A DNA stretch of 63,996 nucleotides, filler included, from Octopus bimaculoides (taxonomy: Eukaryota): the NCBI RefSeq assembly GCF_001194135.2. It is 4 parts of 3 records of this genome, joined end to end, with 100 filler letters (N's around TTAATTAATTAA, not from the genome) between each part and the next. Parts side by side here need not be neighbours in the genome. Positions count along the whole stretch, not along the records: positions 27,036 to 45,832 come from NC_068986.1; positions 45,933 to 61,948 come from NC_068990.1; 2 more parts are not named here. One strand, written 5' to 3'. The position numbers and the translations under genes are program-made. Of the stretch, positions 39,278 through 53,290 are shown in pieces; position 1 is the first letter of the stretch, and each line of letters opens with the position of its first letter. Below the pieces are notes generated by a model. The model saw only the letters and a program-made list of their open reading frames with translations. It did no database searches and was not told the DNA's origin.

Positions 39278-40666
39278 CATTTCTTTTATTAGCCACACGG
39301 CTCAACAAAGATGGGACAAATACAATGTAGAGCTTTTCTTTTTGGGAGGGGGAAGGAAAAAAAATAGGGGTGTGTCGATCAAAAGGGATCGTAGGAAGGG
39401 AAAAAGGAAGGAGTTCGATCAATAGATAGCTAGATAGATAGATGGATGGATGGAAAAGAATCCATTCCTATACTTAACTGGCACTTACATATCAATCCCT
39501 CGGGATCTGAACTCAAACGCAGAGATCGAGAACTGAGGACACGCAAAGCATTTGCTTCGACATTCTAATGATTTTGGCCATTCGTCATCCTACAACACCA
39601 TCACTAACACTTGTGTGGTATTATATTTCGTTCACAGATCATTTCGGAATTCACAAATCATGACAGTTGACTTCGATTACTCGCATTGTGAAGGTCAACT
39701 GAAAGGTTAAGTTCAACAGTTAGAGACCAAATATGAGTTATACTGTTTGGTATTGTTTTTGCTTTCGCCGTTAATTGTATCGTTGATTCAGCTATTGTCC
39801 TTGTTGTTTGTTGAAAGCAATTTCTGTAGCCGTACATGGTTAGTTTTATTGCTGTTGCTGACAGCAGAGATCCACTGTGTGATCGAAATTACGAAAGAGG
39901 AGCTAGTGGTAATTTTTATTACGCATATACATACAAGCATCCACCCATCCACCCATCCATCCATCCATCCATCCATCCATCCATCCATCCATACACACAA
40001 ACCAATCTTGAGAAACTATACTTCTCAAAACCAGAAAGGAGAAAGCTGATTCGTGGACTACAGATCAATCCATCACTAGAACTGTAAAAATTTGTAAAAC
40101 TTACCAGAAGTTTATCAGTTGAGTACATATGAGTATGTCTAGACACGCAACTATATGCATGAGAATAAAAGCATAAAAGAAATCTGCATGCATACATACA
40201 TATATAAGTTCAGGTGTATACCTGTAATTATAGGGGCACTGGGATATATAATACATTGCCTAAATACCAATCTTGAGAAATGAGGCTTTTCAAAACCAGA
40301 AAAGAAAAAGCTGGTTCGAAGATTACAGATCCACGCCATCACTGGAACTGTAAAATTCTGTAAAACTTTCCAGAAGTTTATCATTTAGGTATATATGAGA
40401 ATGTCTAGATATGCAACTATATGCTTCAGAATACATACATAAAGCAAAACATACAAATCTGGACATATACATACATACATGCATACATACATGCATACAT
40501 ACATACATACATACATACATACATACATACATACATGCATCTCAACAGTTCTAAAAGCAAACTTCGTTTGTTTGTTTACGCTTATCGTAATTTGAATTTA
40601 AGATATAATAGCGTCTCATAAAGCAAGATATCTATCCATCTTAAATGTGGAGAAGAATTTCTGGTG

Positions 40667-40741
40667 GATTGTTTAGCTTAATCGGTTAGAGCAAAGCAAC
40701 GCGTAATCACAAAGGTGTGAGTTCGGGTCTCATAGCTGGCC
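40667..40741 (+). pseudogene. tRNA-like pseudogene or SINE head
   Basis: A box tagcttaatcggttagagc, B box gtgagttcgggtctc; acceptor and anticodon stems do not pair. Confidence 0.5.
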
Positions 40742-41599
40742 GCCAACACTTTTTTTCTGCAAATTAGAGGTAGCTTATCCTGTTCAGGCTATATTATTAG
40801 CATTATCCTGCGTTTGAGAATTTAAAAATCACTTTTTTAACTTTCTAAGACATCTCAACGGTTCTAAAAGCAAACTTCGTTTGTTTACGTTTATCGTAAT
40901 TTGAATACATACATACATACATGTGTGTCATTTTTCTTAATGCCATGTCAACTTCGGAGAAATCTTGATTTTTGAGATTATCTCCCTGTCTCATATGGAG
41001 CTTGTCTTGATCGCCATTTGCTAATTTTGGCACATCATCTAGAGGCGGAATTATAGTTAATTTCACGAACAAGCTGTTCCCCTGATCGGATTACTGGAAC
41101 CCTCGTCATCGTAGCCGACGGAGTGCCGGTATATTGGCTTTGTAGATAGTGTTATAGATGATATTATTGTTTCCATGGTGATAGTGATGCTGTGAATAAT
41201 TACGTCGACGCGCACGTTGCAGGTTGTGATATTTTTATTACTGCTGTTAAATTGTCCATAGTGTTTAGCACCATGTCAGCCATGATCGCACAGATTTGCA
41301 ACCGAAGATCCCTAGCCGTGACCATCAGATCATTAAACCTGTGATAATGTATTTATCAAGTGTTTACCTCCTTGTTAGCGACATTAGGTTGCGATTTGAA
41401 GCAGGTTTCGTACCGATTTCTAAGATGTTGAGCAACAAAGCTGGAGCTACTCCAGGCCGATGACGAGCAAAGACTCAGAAACAAGTCTCTGGATGCAGGC
41501 TTAGCTGCGTGGGGGTGCTTGTCTCTCCTTGTAAACATAGAGACACAGGAAATGTGTCAAGGCCGACAGGAAGTGGTGCAGCTTCCTAGGTCTAACTAA

Positions 41600-42393
41600 C
41601 AGTAGTATTATTCCTTTCAGGGGACTGTCACATTAAGTTGACAGTATACAACTACTTCATCGTATCACTACTGCATAAATCTCTCTGAGAGATTTAGAAA
41701 TGTATTATTTCTAAAGCTGGAGTTTATTCTCAATACCTGAAATATTTCTAAAGCAGTTGTCGTTGGTGCTGTTGCTTTCGTTGATTTGCTGTTGTTGTTG
41801 TCATCATTGCTGCTGCTGTTGCTACTGCTGCTGCTGTTGCTACTGCTGCTGCTGTTGCGCTGGTAGTGTTGGTATTATTGACCTCCATACTAATGTTGCG
41901 CTCACGGCGGGGACCTGGTGGAATCGTTAGGACGTTGAGTAAAATACTAAGTGGCATTTCATTTGTCTTTACGTTCTGAGTTCAAAATCCACTGAGGTCG
42001 ACTTTGCCTTTGATCTTTATGGGGTCGATAAGATAAGCACCAGTTGAACACTAGGGTCGATGTAGTCGACTGCTCGTCCCAGGAAATTGCTGGCCTTGTA
42101 TCATGATTTGAAATTGATATTAATGCTGGACTTGTTCGTGCTACTGTTAGCCATCTTTTCGGGCATCTTTGATGCAGGATATCCCAGCCGTGATCATCTT
42201 ACCGATTTTAGTTATGTATAATGCATGTAATACCCCGTCATTTAATTTGTCCTATTTTATATACAGGCGGAATGGAGTTGCCTGACGGTGATTTAACTGC
42301 AATTTCTAACAGAACATGTTACCACGTAGAGACTCATTCTTTATCATGCTAACATTGGACAACTTATTTGACAACAAACAGTACTGCTACCAT

Positions 42394-42450
<57 letters not shown>

Positions 42451-43250
42451 ATCTGTATCAGTGACAATGATTGGAGCATTACGAATTTCACTGTTGAAAA
42501 GAGCACTGCTTCGGATTTTTACGACAAACAACTTCACCAGCGTAACCATTATCATCATCGTCATCGTCGTCGTCATCATCATAATCATCATCATCATCAT
42601 CTTCATCAATATCGTCCCCATCATCATTTGCATCGTTTAGGAGCACGGCGAAAATCAGTATCAATATCCATGACAACAACAACAGCAGCAGTAACAATTG
42701 CAATAACAGAAACATCCCAAACAAAAGCTATAACCAAATTATCGACAAATAGCATCATCATCATCATCATCATCAAGTACATCATCATAGTCGTTGTCAT
42801 CGTAGTAGTCCCTCCTTACCATCATCATCATTATTCTTATTTCCATCACCACGACCACCACCGTACTCAATAATATTGTCGTCATCCCCCTCCTCCTCCT
42901 CCTCCTCCTCATCATCATCATCATTATCACCGTGACTCTTGTCGCACAAATACTGAACTACCCCCACCCTCATCATAACCATCAGCAACAACAAAACAAC
43001 TAGAACAATAAATATCGAGAAAATAGTATGCCTCTTAATATACTGGAAAACATAAATATAGAAAAATAATTCAAAATATGAATAATGGAAAAATTTGCAA
43101 TAAGGCAAAAACGAAAAATATACAAATATTGTATTATACGAAAGTGAAAGTGAAAGTGAGATATAATTAGAAACAAAAAATAATACATCTTCCCGCCTTT
43201 TTTCCTGTATATGCTGATTTTTATTTCGCCATTCTCCCGAAACCACATAC
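41600..43250 (-). pseudogene. Scattered TRPM-like fragments (not collinear; probably from more than one copy)
   Basis: PYCKFFHYSYFELFFYIYVFQY (S1-like, ORF 42797-43246); QC*HDKE..W*HVLLEIAV (~42250-42390); RINSSFRNNTF..YDEVVVY (~41620-41750). Confidence 0.35.
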
Positions 43251-43322
43251 CTGCGGATATGATATTTATAGCATGTTGTTCAACAAGGTGCTGTAGTTAA
43301 GTGGCATTCATATGTATATCTA

Positions 43323-43362
<40 letters not shown>

Positions 43363-43401
43363 TATAATTCTCTCCCCCTGTTTCTCTCTACATATATGTA
43401 T

Positions 43402-43474
<73 letters not shown>

Positions 43475-43699
43475 NNNNNNNNNNNNNNNNNNNNNNNNNN
43501 NNNNNNNNNNNNNNNNNNNNNNNNNNNNNNNNNNNNNNNNNNNNNNNNNNNNNNNNNNNNNNNNNNNNNNNNNNNNNNNNNNNNNNNNNNNNNNNNNNNN
43601 NNNNNNNNNNNNNNNNNNNNNNNNNNNNNNNNNNNNNNNNNNNNNNNNNNNNNNNNNNNNTATATATATATATATACACATATATATATATATACATAC

Positions 43700-43765
<66 letters not shown>

Positions 43766-44895
43766 ATACGGTAATATCTAATGTGGGAATAGGTTGTAGA
43801 TACAGGGAAAGAAATTGTGTTATGCGTATGTATGCACGTGATATAAAGTTAGTAAATATTCTTTCTTATATGATTATTTCTATGTGCTGTGAATATATGT
43901 GTATCTTCCTATATACATGCCTGAGTGTGCGTGCGGGCATGTCTTTGTGCGTGTACGGGTCTTATGGGTGTATGTGCATCTGTATTACGTACAAGAGCAT
44001 TTGCAAATATTGTTCTGCCTCCCATATTGTGTAACATTCTGTATGTTTGAGTCTGTGTATTTGTAAACATGTGAGTTTGTTTGTGGTCGAGCTGCTCTTT
44101 GTTTATTTGTTTAGATGAATATATTCAATATATACACTCGTATATACACTCGTATACACACTTACATATATTTACTTATATATATATATATATATNNNNN
44201 NNNNNNNNNNNNNNNNNNNNNNNNNNNNNNNNNNNNNNNNNNNNNNNNNNNNNNNNNNNNNNNNNNNNNNNNNNNNNNNNNNNNNNNNNNNNNNNNNNNN
44301 NNNNNNNNNNNNNNNNNNNNNNNNNNNNNNNNNNNNNNNNNNNNNNNNNNNNNNNNNNNNNNNNNNNNNNNNNNNNNNNNNNNNNNNNNNNNNNNNNNNN
44401 NNNNNNNNNNNNNNNNNNNNNNNNNNNNNNNNNNNNNNNNNNNNNNNNNNNNNNNNNNNNNNNNNNNNNNNNNNNNNNNNNNNNNNNNNNNNNNNNNNNN
44501 NNNNNNNNNNNNNNNNNNNNNNNNNNNNNNNNNNNNNNNNNNNNNNNNNNNNNNNNNNNNNNNNNNNNNNNNNNNNNNNNNNNNNNNNNNNNNNNNNNNN
44601 NNNNNNNNNNNNNNNNNNNNNNNNNNNNNNNNNNNNNNNNNNNNNNNNNNNNNNNNNNNNNNNNNNNNNNNNNNNNNNNNNNNNNNNNNNNNNNNNNNNN
44701 NNNNNNNNNNNNNNNNNNNNNNNNNNNNNNNNNNNNNNNNNNNNNNNNNNNNNNNNNNNNNNNNNNNNNNNNNNNNNNNNNNNNNNNNNNNNNNNNNNNN
44801 NNNNNNNNNNNNNNNNNNNNNNNNNNNNNNNNNNNNNNNNNNNNNNNNNNNNNNNNNNNNNNNNNNNNNNNNNNNNNNNNNNNNNNNNNNNNNNN

Positions 44896-44939
<44 letters not shown>

Positions 44940-46149
44940 GTATATACATATATATACATACACATACACATACATATCGGTTATAACTTTACGTATATCA
45001 CTATATGTGATTGTATTTCTATTAGTTGTTCTTTTTGTCACTTGATTCGGGAGTTTGCTGTCATAAACAACACCAAAACCACAAGAAAATTACCATCAAT
45101 TGCTACAAATATAGAAATAAGTAAGAACCAGCCAGAATCGCTCCAACAGCTATACCTTCACCAAAATTGCTACAAAAATAACAGTTTAAAACAACAACGA
45201 CAACAACAATAACAACGTCATGTTGAACCTTACAACAACAGCACAAACCTAGACGCCTTACAGATATCTACAACGCAACTACAATTCTAAACACAGAGAT
45301 ATAGATACCTCATACAGCAATAATAATATGATTAATAAAGATCAACAAAGACAACAGGAATATACAATCGCAATGGACAATATAACAACGCAATCATTGC
45401 CTAAATACGACCGCAATAAACGACAATAGCAGCGACTATTTAAGCATCATCATCCAAAACAACCAAAATAACACAACAAATTCAGTCAACAAATCATAAC
45501 AGAAATATCCTCAACAATATGTACAACAAATGACAACAATAAGTACGTTATTACCAACAGCAACAATGATGGCAACAACAATAACATTGACTGTCATGAT
45601 CAAAATCAACACAATGAGCAACAATATTATAGGATGATAAACCATAACATTAATACGACGACCGCCACCAACACCAGCTCCAACGACGAAAACACACCTA
45701 TAAAAAAAAACATAAACCAGAAGCATAATCTCCCCTATAACACAATCTACTCCTACCACAAAACACACGAACAATCAACACAAACTCATACAGATACGAA
45801 TATACAGATTGATATAATTATATATATATATANNNNNNNNNNNNNNNNNNNNNNNNNNNNNNNNNNNNNNNNNNNNTTAATTAATTAANNNNNNNNNNNN
45901 NNNNNNNNNNNNNNNNNNNNNNNNNNNNNNNNTATATATATATATATATTTATATCTACGACAAGCTTCTGCACAGTTTCGCTCTTTCGAATTACGCTCA
46001 CACTGCATTGTTCAGCTGAAGGCTAAAGCAATATACAGTTGCCCATTGCCACGATCAGGGATCCGGATATACATTATTGTTTGCAAAGCGAACCTCTTAC
46101 TCCGAACAACACAACTAAGTCCCTGCCTCTACTTTCGTCTGTAAATTCA

Positions 46150-46649
46150 CTCATACACAAGTCCATAATGATTTATTTCCGAGATTGTCATGGAATTTAA
46201 TAAGATTTCTAACCAGTCTGCTTTGCTCATCAATAGCCTTATTCAAGACTTGCAGTGAACAGTAGAAATATTTAATGAAACTAATGAAATGAATATTTGG
46301 GTTATTGTGCTTGAATAATTTCAATAATTGGAAGTAAATACAAGCGGAAATACTTATAACTTATGACTTTAATCTCAATCAAAGACTGGAATAAATTTAT
46401 CAATGCTTCATTCTTTTCCTCGTCTTCTTCGTTAAAATATACTTTTGTTTCACGTCTTGTTTTCGCTTGCTTCATTAGAGTTGTCAACGACGGTTCAAGA
46501 GTCATATACAGGAAGATTCGAGATTTTATTAATAAGGCGTATGGCTGCACTCTTTCACCATTCTTTTACGTTGCAGACAATTCCAAGTCTCTTTAAATGA
46601 TCAAGAAATAACAACAACAACAACAACAACAACAACAAAAACAACAACG

Positions 46650-46680
<31 letters not shown>

Positions 46681-46824
46681 GGATGATGAAATATTTCTTG
46701 TTTATAAATAATGATTCCCCAAATTATTACCGGAAATATACTTAACATGAGGTGATACGCTAAAAGGAATTTAATTTCAATGAGAAATTTCTATATGTTA
46801 AATTCATGTATGTGTGTGTGTTTA

Positions 46825-46879
<55 letters not shown>

Positions 46880-47134
46880 NNNNNNNNNNNNNNNNNNNNN
46901 NNNNNNNNNNNNNNNNNNNNNNNNNNNNNNNNNNNNNNNNNNNNNNNNNNNNNNNNNNNNNNNNNNNNNNNNNNNNNNNNNNNNNNNNNNNNNNNNNNNN
47001 NNNNNNNNNNNNNNNNNNNNNNNNNNNNNNNNNNNNNNNNNNNNNNNNNNNNNNNNNNNNNNNNNNNNNNNNNNNNNNNNNNNNNNNNNNNNNNNNNNNN
47101 NNNNNNNNNNNNNNNNNNNNNNNNNNNNNNNNNN

Positions 47135-47201
<67 letters not shown>

Positions 47202-47410
47202 TACACACACACATACATACATATCCATACACAATATGAATATGTTTACTCGTGTAAGGACTTGTATTTACATTTATAAAACTGTTAATCCATTTTCCCA
47301 TTATTATCTGAAAATCGGCTGTGAAAACTATGGGATAATGATTTGCGAAATTCTACTGTCTTTCTAAAGTTGAAATTCACTCTCTCTCTCTCTCTCTCCC
47401 CCCCTCTCTC

Positions 47411-47458
<48 letters not shown>

Positions 47459-48310
47459 GCACAAACGAACGCAAACACACGAACACAAACGCACACATAC
47501 GTGCATATATACATTCAAACGAAATTTCTTTTTTTTTAATAAACACTCATTATAGCTTCGTTGTCAAAAATAATACTATAGTAGTTTTAAAAAATATAGC
47601 AGTGTACTGATCCAAACACAGGTACTTAATTGGCAATCTTTCTATCCAACTTAACGTTGATGTATTGTTGGGACAGCGAATACTGCATATTTACCTTGGG
47701 AGAGTCTCTCATATAGACGCATGGTGCATAAAAGTACACATTTATATCGCTGGTGGACAAGAATCCTCTGCTAAGAACTGCCAGATCGCTTAATTTCCAC
47801 ATGTTCCGTCTCTTCAGTGGCAAAGGTTCTGTAGCTGCATACCAGTCAAATCTCACTGTCAGCGATATATGGAATTTCAGAGACTATTACAGCACTAATC
47901 TCGCAATTAACCATCAGGCTTATTAGAAATATTTATTAGCAAATGAAGCAGTATTAATATCAACAGGCAAGATTTATATTCAGCTTAACGTGAATGTATC
48001 ATTAGAACACCAAAATCTGCGTTATTTAGCTGGAAAGGATTTCTCATACGGACGTATGGTGTATAAAAGCGCACACATTTATATTGCTGGAGGACTAGAA
48101 TCATCTGCTACGGATGCCGGAACTGCCAGATCAAGTTATTTCGATGTGCCCCGTTTCTTAATTAATTGGATTTACGGGCTCATATGGAAAAAAGCCTTTA
48201 TGTTAATGAAAATTAATTTCAATGAGACAAAGGGAGTAAAGTTTTTAAATTTCATTTGATCAACATATGCAATGGTGAGCGAATTTGTCTGATCTTCGGC
48301 AGCTTCTTTG
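46150..48310 (+). pseudogene. Possible decayed BACK-kelch (KLHL-like) relic
   Basis: GRMVYKSAHIYIAGG...YFDVP...W (ORF 47990-48259); related unit RRMVHKSTH/YIAGG...LQW at ~47700-47820 with a 2-nt deletion; TGKIYI (~47965); weak BACK-like RLVFACFIRVVNDGSR in ORF 46363-46596. Confidence 0.4.
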
Positions 48311-48759
48311 ACCTCTATATTTGGAATTGTCAACATTGTCGTCCATGATCAGAAACAATTACAAACACGTGCTTGTCTTTTTAACTTTTATGAATTTAAA
48401 TCTCGATAGTTCTCTCCTTTGACCCTTTTAGGAGTCGTTAATATAAAGTTAATGATTTTCCTTTTCATTATTAGTTATAGTTTCAAATGATTAAGCTCAT
48501 ACCCTGACCGCTTTAAGGAATTTAGACTGCATTTAGTTACCTCTTGTTTATGCAGAAAACATCATATTCATTTTATCTTTTACTTGTTTCAGTCAGTGGA
48601 CAGCTGCCATATTGAGTCACCACCTTAAAGGGCTTTAGTTGAACGTAGCAACCCCAGCCTTTATTTTTCAGGGTCTGGCAGTTATTCTCTCGACATACGA
48701 ACGATTCTGACAAGCTTACCTCCTTACGTTGTTAATAAATATTCTTTTCTACTCTAGGC

Positions 48760-49615
48760 ACAAGGCCCGAAATTTTGGGGGAGGGACACCAGTCGATTAC
48801 ATAGACCCCAGTACGCAGCTGGCACTTAATTTATAGACCCTGAAATCATAAAGCACAAGGCCCTAAATTATGGGGGAGGAGGCCAGTCGAGTACTTAATT
48901 TATCGACCCCGAAATGATAAAAAGCAAAGTCGACCTCGGCGGAATTTGAACTCAGAAAGTAACGGCAGACGAAATACAGCTAAGCATTTCGCCCGGCGTG
49001 CTAACGTTTCTGCCAGCTCGCCACCTTAATGAAANNNNNNNNNNNNNNNNNNNNNNNNNNNNNNNNNNNNNNNNNNNNNNNNNNNNNNNNNNNNNNNNNN
49101 NNNNNNNNNNNNNNNNNNNNNNNNNNNNNNNNNNNNNNNNNNNNNNNNNNNNNNNNNNNNNNNNNNNNNNNNNNNNNNNNNNNNNNNNNNNNNNNNNNNN
49201 NNNNNNNNNNNNNNNNNNNNNNNNNNNNNNNNNNNNNNNNNNNNNNNNNNNNNNNNNNNNNNNNNNNNNNNNNNNNNNNNNNNNNNNNNNNNNNNNNNNN
49301 NNNNNNNNNNNNNNNNNNNNNNNNNNNNNNNNNNNNNNNNNNNNNNNNNNNNNNNNNNNNNNNNNNNNNNNNNNNNNNNNNNNNNNNNNNNNNNNNNNNN
49401 NNNNNNNNNNNNNNNNNNNNNNNNNNNNNACAAAGAGATTAAGTCGATTACATCGACCCCAGTGCGTAACTGGTACTTAATTTATCGACCCCGAAAAGAT
49501 GAAAGGCAAAGTCGACCTCGGCGGAATTTGAACTCAGAAAGTAACGGCAGACGAAATACAGCTAAGCATTTCGCCCGGCGTGCTAACGTTTCTGCCAGCT
49601 CGCCACCTTAATGAA
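48760..49615 (-). mobile_element. SINE family A copies flanking a gap
   Basis: 48900-49034 is near-identical to 49480-49615. A further copy lies at 57585-57790(-). Confidence 0.8.
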
Positions 49616-49639
49616 AAGGAATTTATTAATTGATTGAAG

Positions 49640-50092
49640 ATACCAATTAAGACCATGTTGAAATGCGACATCACTTTCGTTCCTATCTAAAATATGCGTA
49701 CCAGGGAGGGTGAATATGTGTTTGCTTCTAACCAAGACGATGTATTTACTGCTTATTTGGTGTTATCTGTAATTTCTCAAATGCTGTAGGTTATATTAAT
49801 ACTTATATAAATTTTCTCATAATTTTAAACTTTAAATATTTATTTGAAAGAAAAAAAAATAAATAAAGATAATTGAAAAAATAGATATATTTGGATATTG
49901 ATGGTGGGTACAAGACGATAACCCGAAGGGGTAATAATAAATTCTGAGAAAATACAGCCACATGCACACACAAAACGAAAAGTGTGCTCATGTATATATA
50001 TATATATGTATATATATATGAATGTAAATATATACATATATATATATAAATATATATATACATATATACTATATAAGCACACACACATATAA

Positions 50093-50159
<67 letters not shown>

Positions 50160-51386
50160 CATATGTAATTGGGCTTATGCATGTGTGTGTGTGTGTGTGT
50201 GTGTGTGTCTGTGTGTGGTTATTTATACAAATATATGAACGCAAAATGTAAATATACACTCATATGTTTTTGTGCATATCCAGAAATTAGATAAATAAAT
50301 AAATCGATAGATAGAAAGACAGACATATATGTGCCTGTGCACATATGCGTGCGTGTCTGTGAGTGTGTGTGAGTGTGTGTTTGCGTATATATATATATAT
50401 ATATATATATACAGATATACTTACAATAACATATATATGTATGCATATCTACACAAATATCCATTTATATNNNNNNNNNNNNNNNNNNNNNNNNNNNNNN
50501 NNNNNNNNNNNNNNNNNNNNNNNNNNNNNNNNNNNNNNNNNNNNNNNNNNNNNNNNNNNNNNNNNNNNNNNNNNNNNNNNNNNNNNNNNNNNNNNNNNNN
50601 NNNNNNNNNNNNNNNNNNNNNNNNNNNNNNNNNNNNNNNNNNNNNNNNNNNNNNNNNNNNNNNNNNNNNNNNNNNNNNNNNNNNNNNNNNNNNNNNNNNN
50701 NNNNNNNNNNNNNNNNNNNNNNNNNNNNNNNNNNNNNNNNNNNNNNNNNNNNNNNNNNNNNNNNNNNNNNNNNNNNNNNNNNNNNNNNNNNNNNNNNNNN
50801 NNNNNNNNNNNNNNNNNNNNNNNNNNNNNNNNNNNNNNNNNNNNNNNNNNNNNNNNNNNNNNNNNNNNNNNNNNNNNNNNNNNNNNNNNNNNNNNNNNNN
50901 NNNNNNNNNNNNNNNNNNNNNNNNNNNNNNNNNNNNNNNNNNNNNNNNNNNNNNNNNNNNNNNNNNNNNNNNNNNNNNNNNNNNNNNNNNNNNNNNNNNN
51001 NNNNNNNNNNNNNNNNNNNNNNNNNNNNNNNNNNNNNNNNNNNNNNNNNNNNNNNNNNNNNNNNNNNNNNNNNNNNNNNNNNNNNNNNNNNNNNNNNNNN
51101 NNNNNNNNNNNNNNNNNNNNNNNNNNNNNNNNNNNNNNNNNNNNNNNNNNNNNNNNNNNNNNNNNNNNNNNNNNNNNNNNNNNNNNNNNNNNNNNNNNNN
51201 NNNNNNNNNNNNNNNNNNNNNNNNNNNNNNNNNNNNNNNNNNNNNNNNNNNNNNNNNNNNNNNNNNNNNNNNNNNNNNNNNNNNNNNNNNNNNNNNNNNN
51301 NNNNNNNNNNNNNNNNNNNNNNNNNNNNNNNNNNNNNNNNNNNNNNNNNNNNNNNNNNNNNNNNNNNNNNNNNNNNNNNNNNNNNN

Positions 51387-51452
<66 letters not shown>

Positions 51453-52030
51453 TGCGCACAAAATGCATAAATATAGATTTATAATACCTTTGAAAACAAA
51501 ATCAAATATAAAATCAACGATGGAATGCCAATATCAACTTTACAGACATAAATGCACGCACACAGAATAAGACATACACACATGAACATACATGCATACA
51601 TATATGTGTGTGTGTGTGTAAACATATATATAAACATATACATAATATTGTTCGTTTTAGGAACAGTGGATCTCGATGCTAATAAAGCTATAAATAATAT
51701 ACAAACATTAGGTTAGACCCCCTTTTGAACGAAAAGATTTGAATCAGCCAGTGAAACTCGAATGCATATCCCCTGTAAACATGACAGGTGGTTTCCCATT
51801 CGACCAAAGCATTCCGTTATCTATATCAAAAACTTTATTCTTACCAGCGAGAATTATATGCTGTTGACATCATAAGAATTTAGAAACTTCGAGAGAACGT
51901 GAAATAATTCTGTTTTAGAATAGTGGTTCTCGAAACTGATAAACTGTAAAAATAGTATGTAAAAATTTGATTGTAAAGACTTTCGATAAAAATATTAGAA
52001 GGTTGCCCATAGGACTCGAACATATATAAA
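49640..52030 (-). pseudogene. Decayed TRPM-like copy (S2 to TRP box)
   Basis: IFIESLYNQIF, QNYFT, WLIQIFSFKRG at ~51718-51750 (S4), VIVLYP (S5, ORF 49803-50162), NESDVAFQ. Confidence 0.45.
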
Positions 52031-52109
52031 ATACATATATATATGCATACACACGTACATATACATATATGCATATACATACATAAATCCGTCCATCCAT
52101 CTATCCATC

Positions 52110-52160
<51 letters not shown>

Positions 52161-52233
52161 GCATGTATTCACCATGATAGATCACTAGCCAATACACATT
52201 CTTTATTTTCTTTCCTTGTTTCTTTCTGTGTTC

Positions 52234-52269
52234 CTTTCTGTGGAAGAGCGTAGGCTCGAAACATTAAAA
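52234..52269 (+). ncRNA. Hammerhead-like motif (CUGUGGA core)
   Basis: CUUU-CUGUGGA-A-GAGC(guag)GCUC-GAA-ACAU-U-AAAA; third copy of the same repeat family. Confidence 0.4.
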
Positions 52270-52368
52270 CTTTTTCACTTCCCGAGCGTTAAACTAAAAC
52301 ATCTGTTTTTTTGTCTACACCACCTGTCTTCGTCTTTTGTTTTTTTTCTGAATTCTGCCTTATGTATA

Positions 52369-52409
<41 letters not shown>

Positions 52410-52978
52410 NNNNNNNNNNNNNNNNNNNNNNNNNNNNNNNNNNNNNNNNNNNNNNNNNNNNNNNNNNNNNNNNNNNNNNNNNNNNNNNNNNNNNNNNNNN
52501 NNNNNNNNNNNNNNNNNNNNNNNNNNNNNNNNNNNNNNNNNNNNNNNNNNNNNNNNNNNNNNNNNNNNNNNNNNNNNNNNNNNNNNNNNNNNNNNNNNNN
52601 NNNNNNNNNNNNNNNNNNNNNNNNNNNNNNNNNNNNNNNNNNNNNNNNNNNNNNNTATATATATATATATATATATATATGTTTGTGTGTCTCTGTGGAG
52701 GTGCGGGTTTAGTGGTCAGGGTGATGGACCAGGCGATATGTTATGCTCTGGAGCAAAACTCTTCATTTGATATTCGTCCAGTTTACTCGGTCGGCAAAAG
52801 TGATTAATCGTGTGATGGAGTGTCGTCTCGCCCAGTGGGGAATACAGAATCAGGGAAACAGACCTTATTAGCCAATGTCTCACGAAGGACCTTCTTTGAT
52901 CCTTTTCATATATTTATATATGTGCGTATATGTGAGCATGCGTGCGGTGTGTATGTTTGTGTATGTGTATCCACATAC

Positions 52979-53290
52979 GGCACTCCGTCGGTTACGATGA
53001 TGAGGGTTCCATTTGATCCGATCAATGGAACAGTCTTGTCGTGAAAGTAACGTGCAAGTGGCTGAGCACTCCACAGACACGTGTACTCTCAACGTAGTTC
53101 TCAGGAAGATTGGGCGTGACACAGGATGTGACAAGGCTGGCTCCTTGAATTACTGGTACAACTCATTTCTGCCAGCTGAGTGAACTGGAACAACGTGAAA
53201 TAAAGTGTCTTGCTCAAGGACACAACGTACCGCCGGTTTTCGAACTCACGATTCTAAGATCGTGAGCTGAATACCCTAATCACTAAGCCA
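52979..53290 (-). mobile_element. SINE family C
   Basis: Reverse match to 36615-36921 and 59487-59870. Confidence 0.8.

Noticed and set aside
39620-39900. Possible TRPM MHR3/4 fragment (HIWSL) on the minus strand
   Set aside because: Only one weak motif pair; not supportable.
40667-40741. Functional tRNA gene
   Set aside because: Acceptor and anticodon stems do not pair; only the promoter boxes remain.
48900-49615. Near-identical SINE plus flank on both sides of a gap
   Set aside because: Most likely redundant contig ends or alleles across the gap rather than a real duplication.
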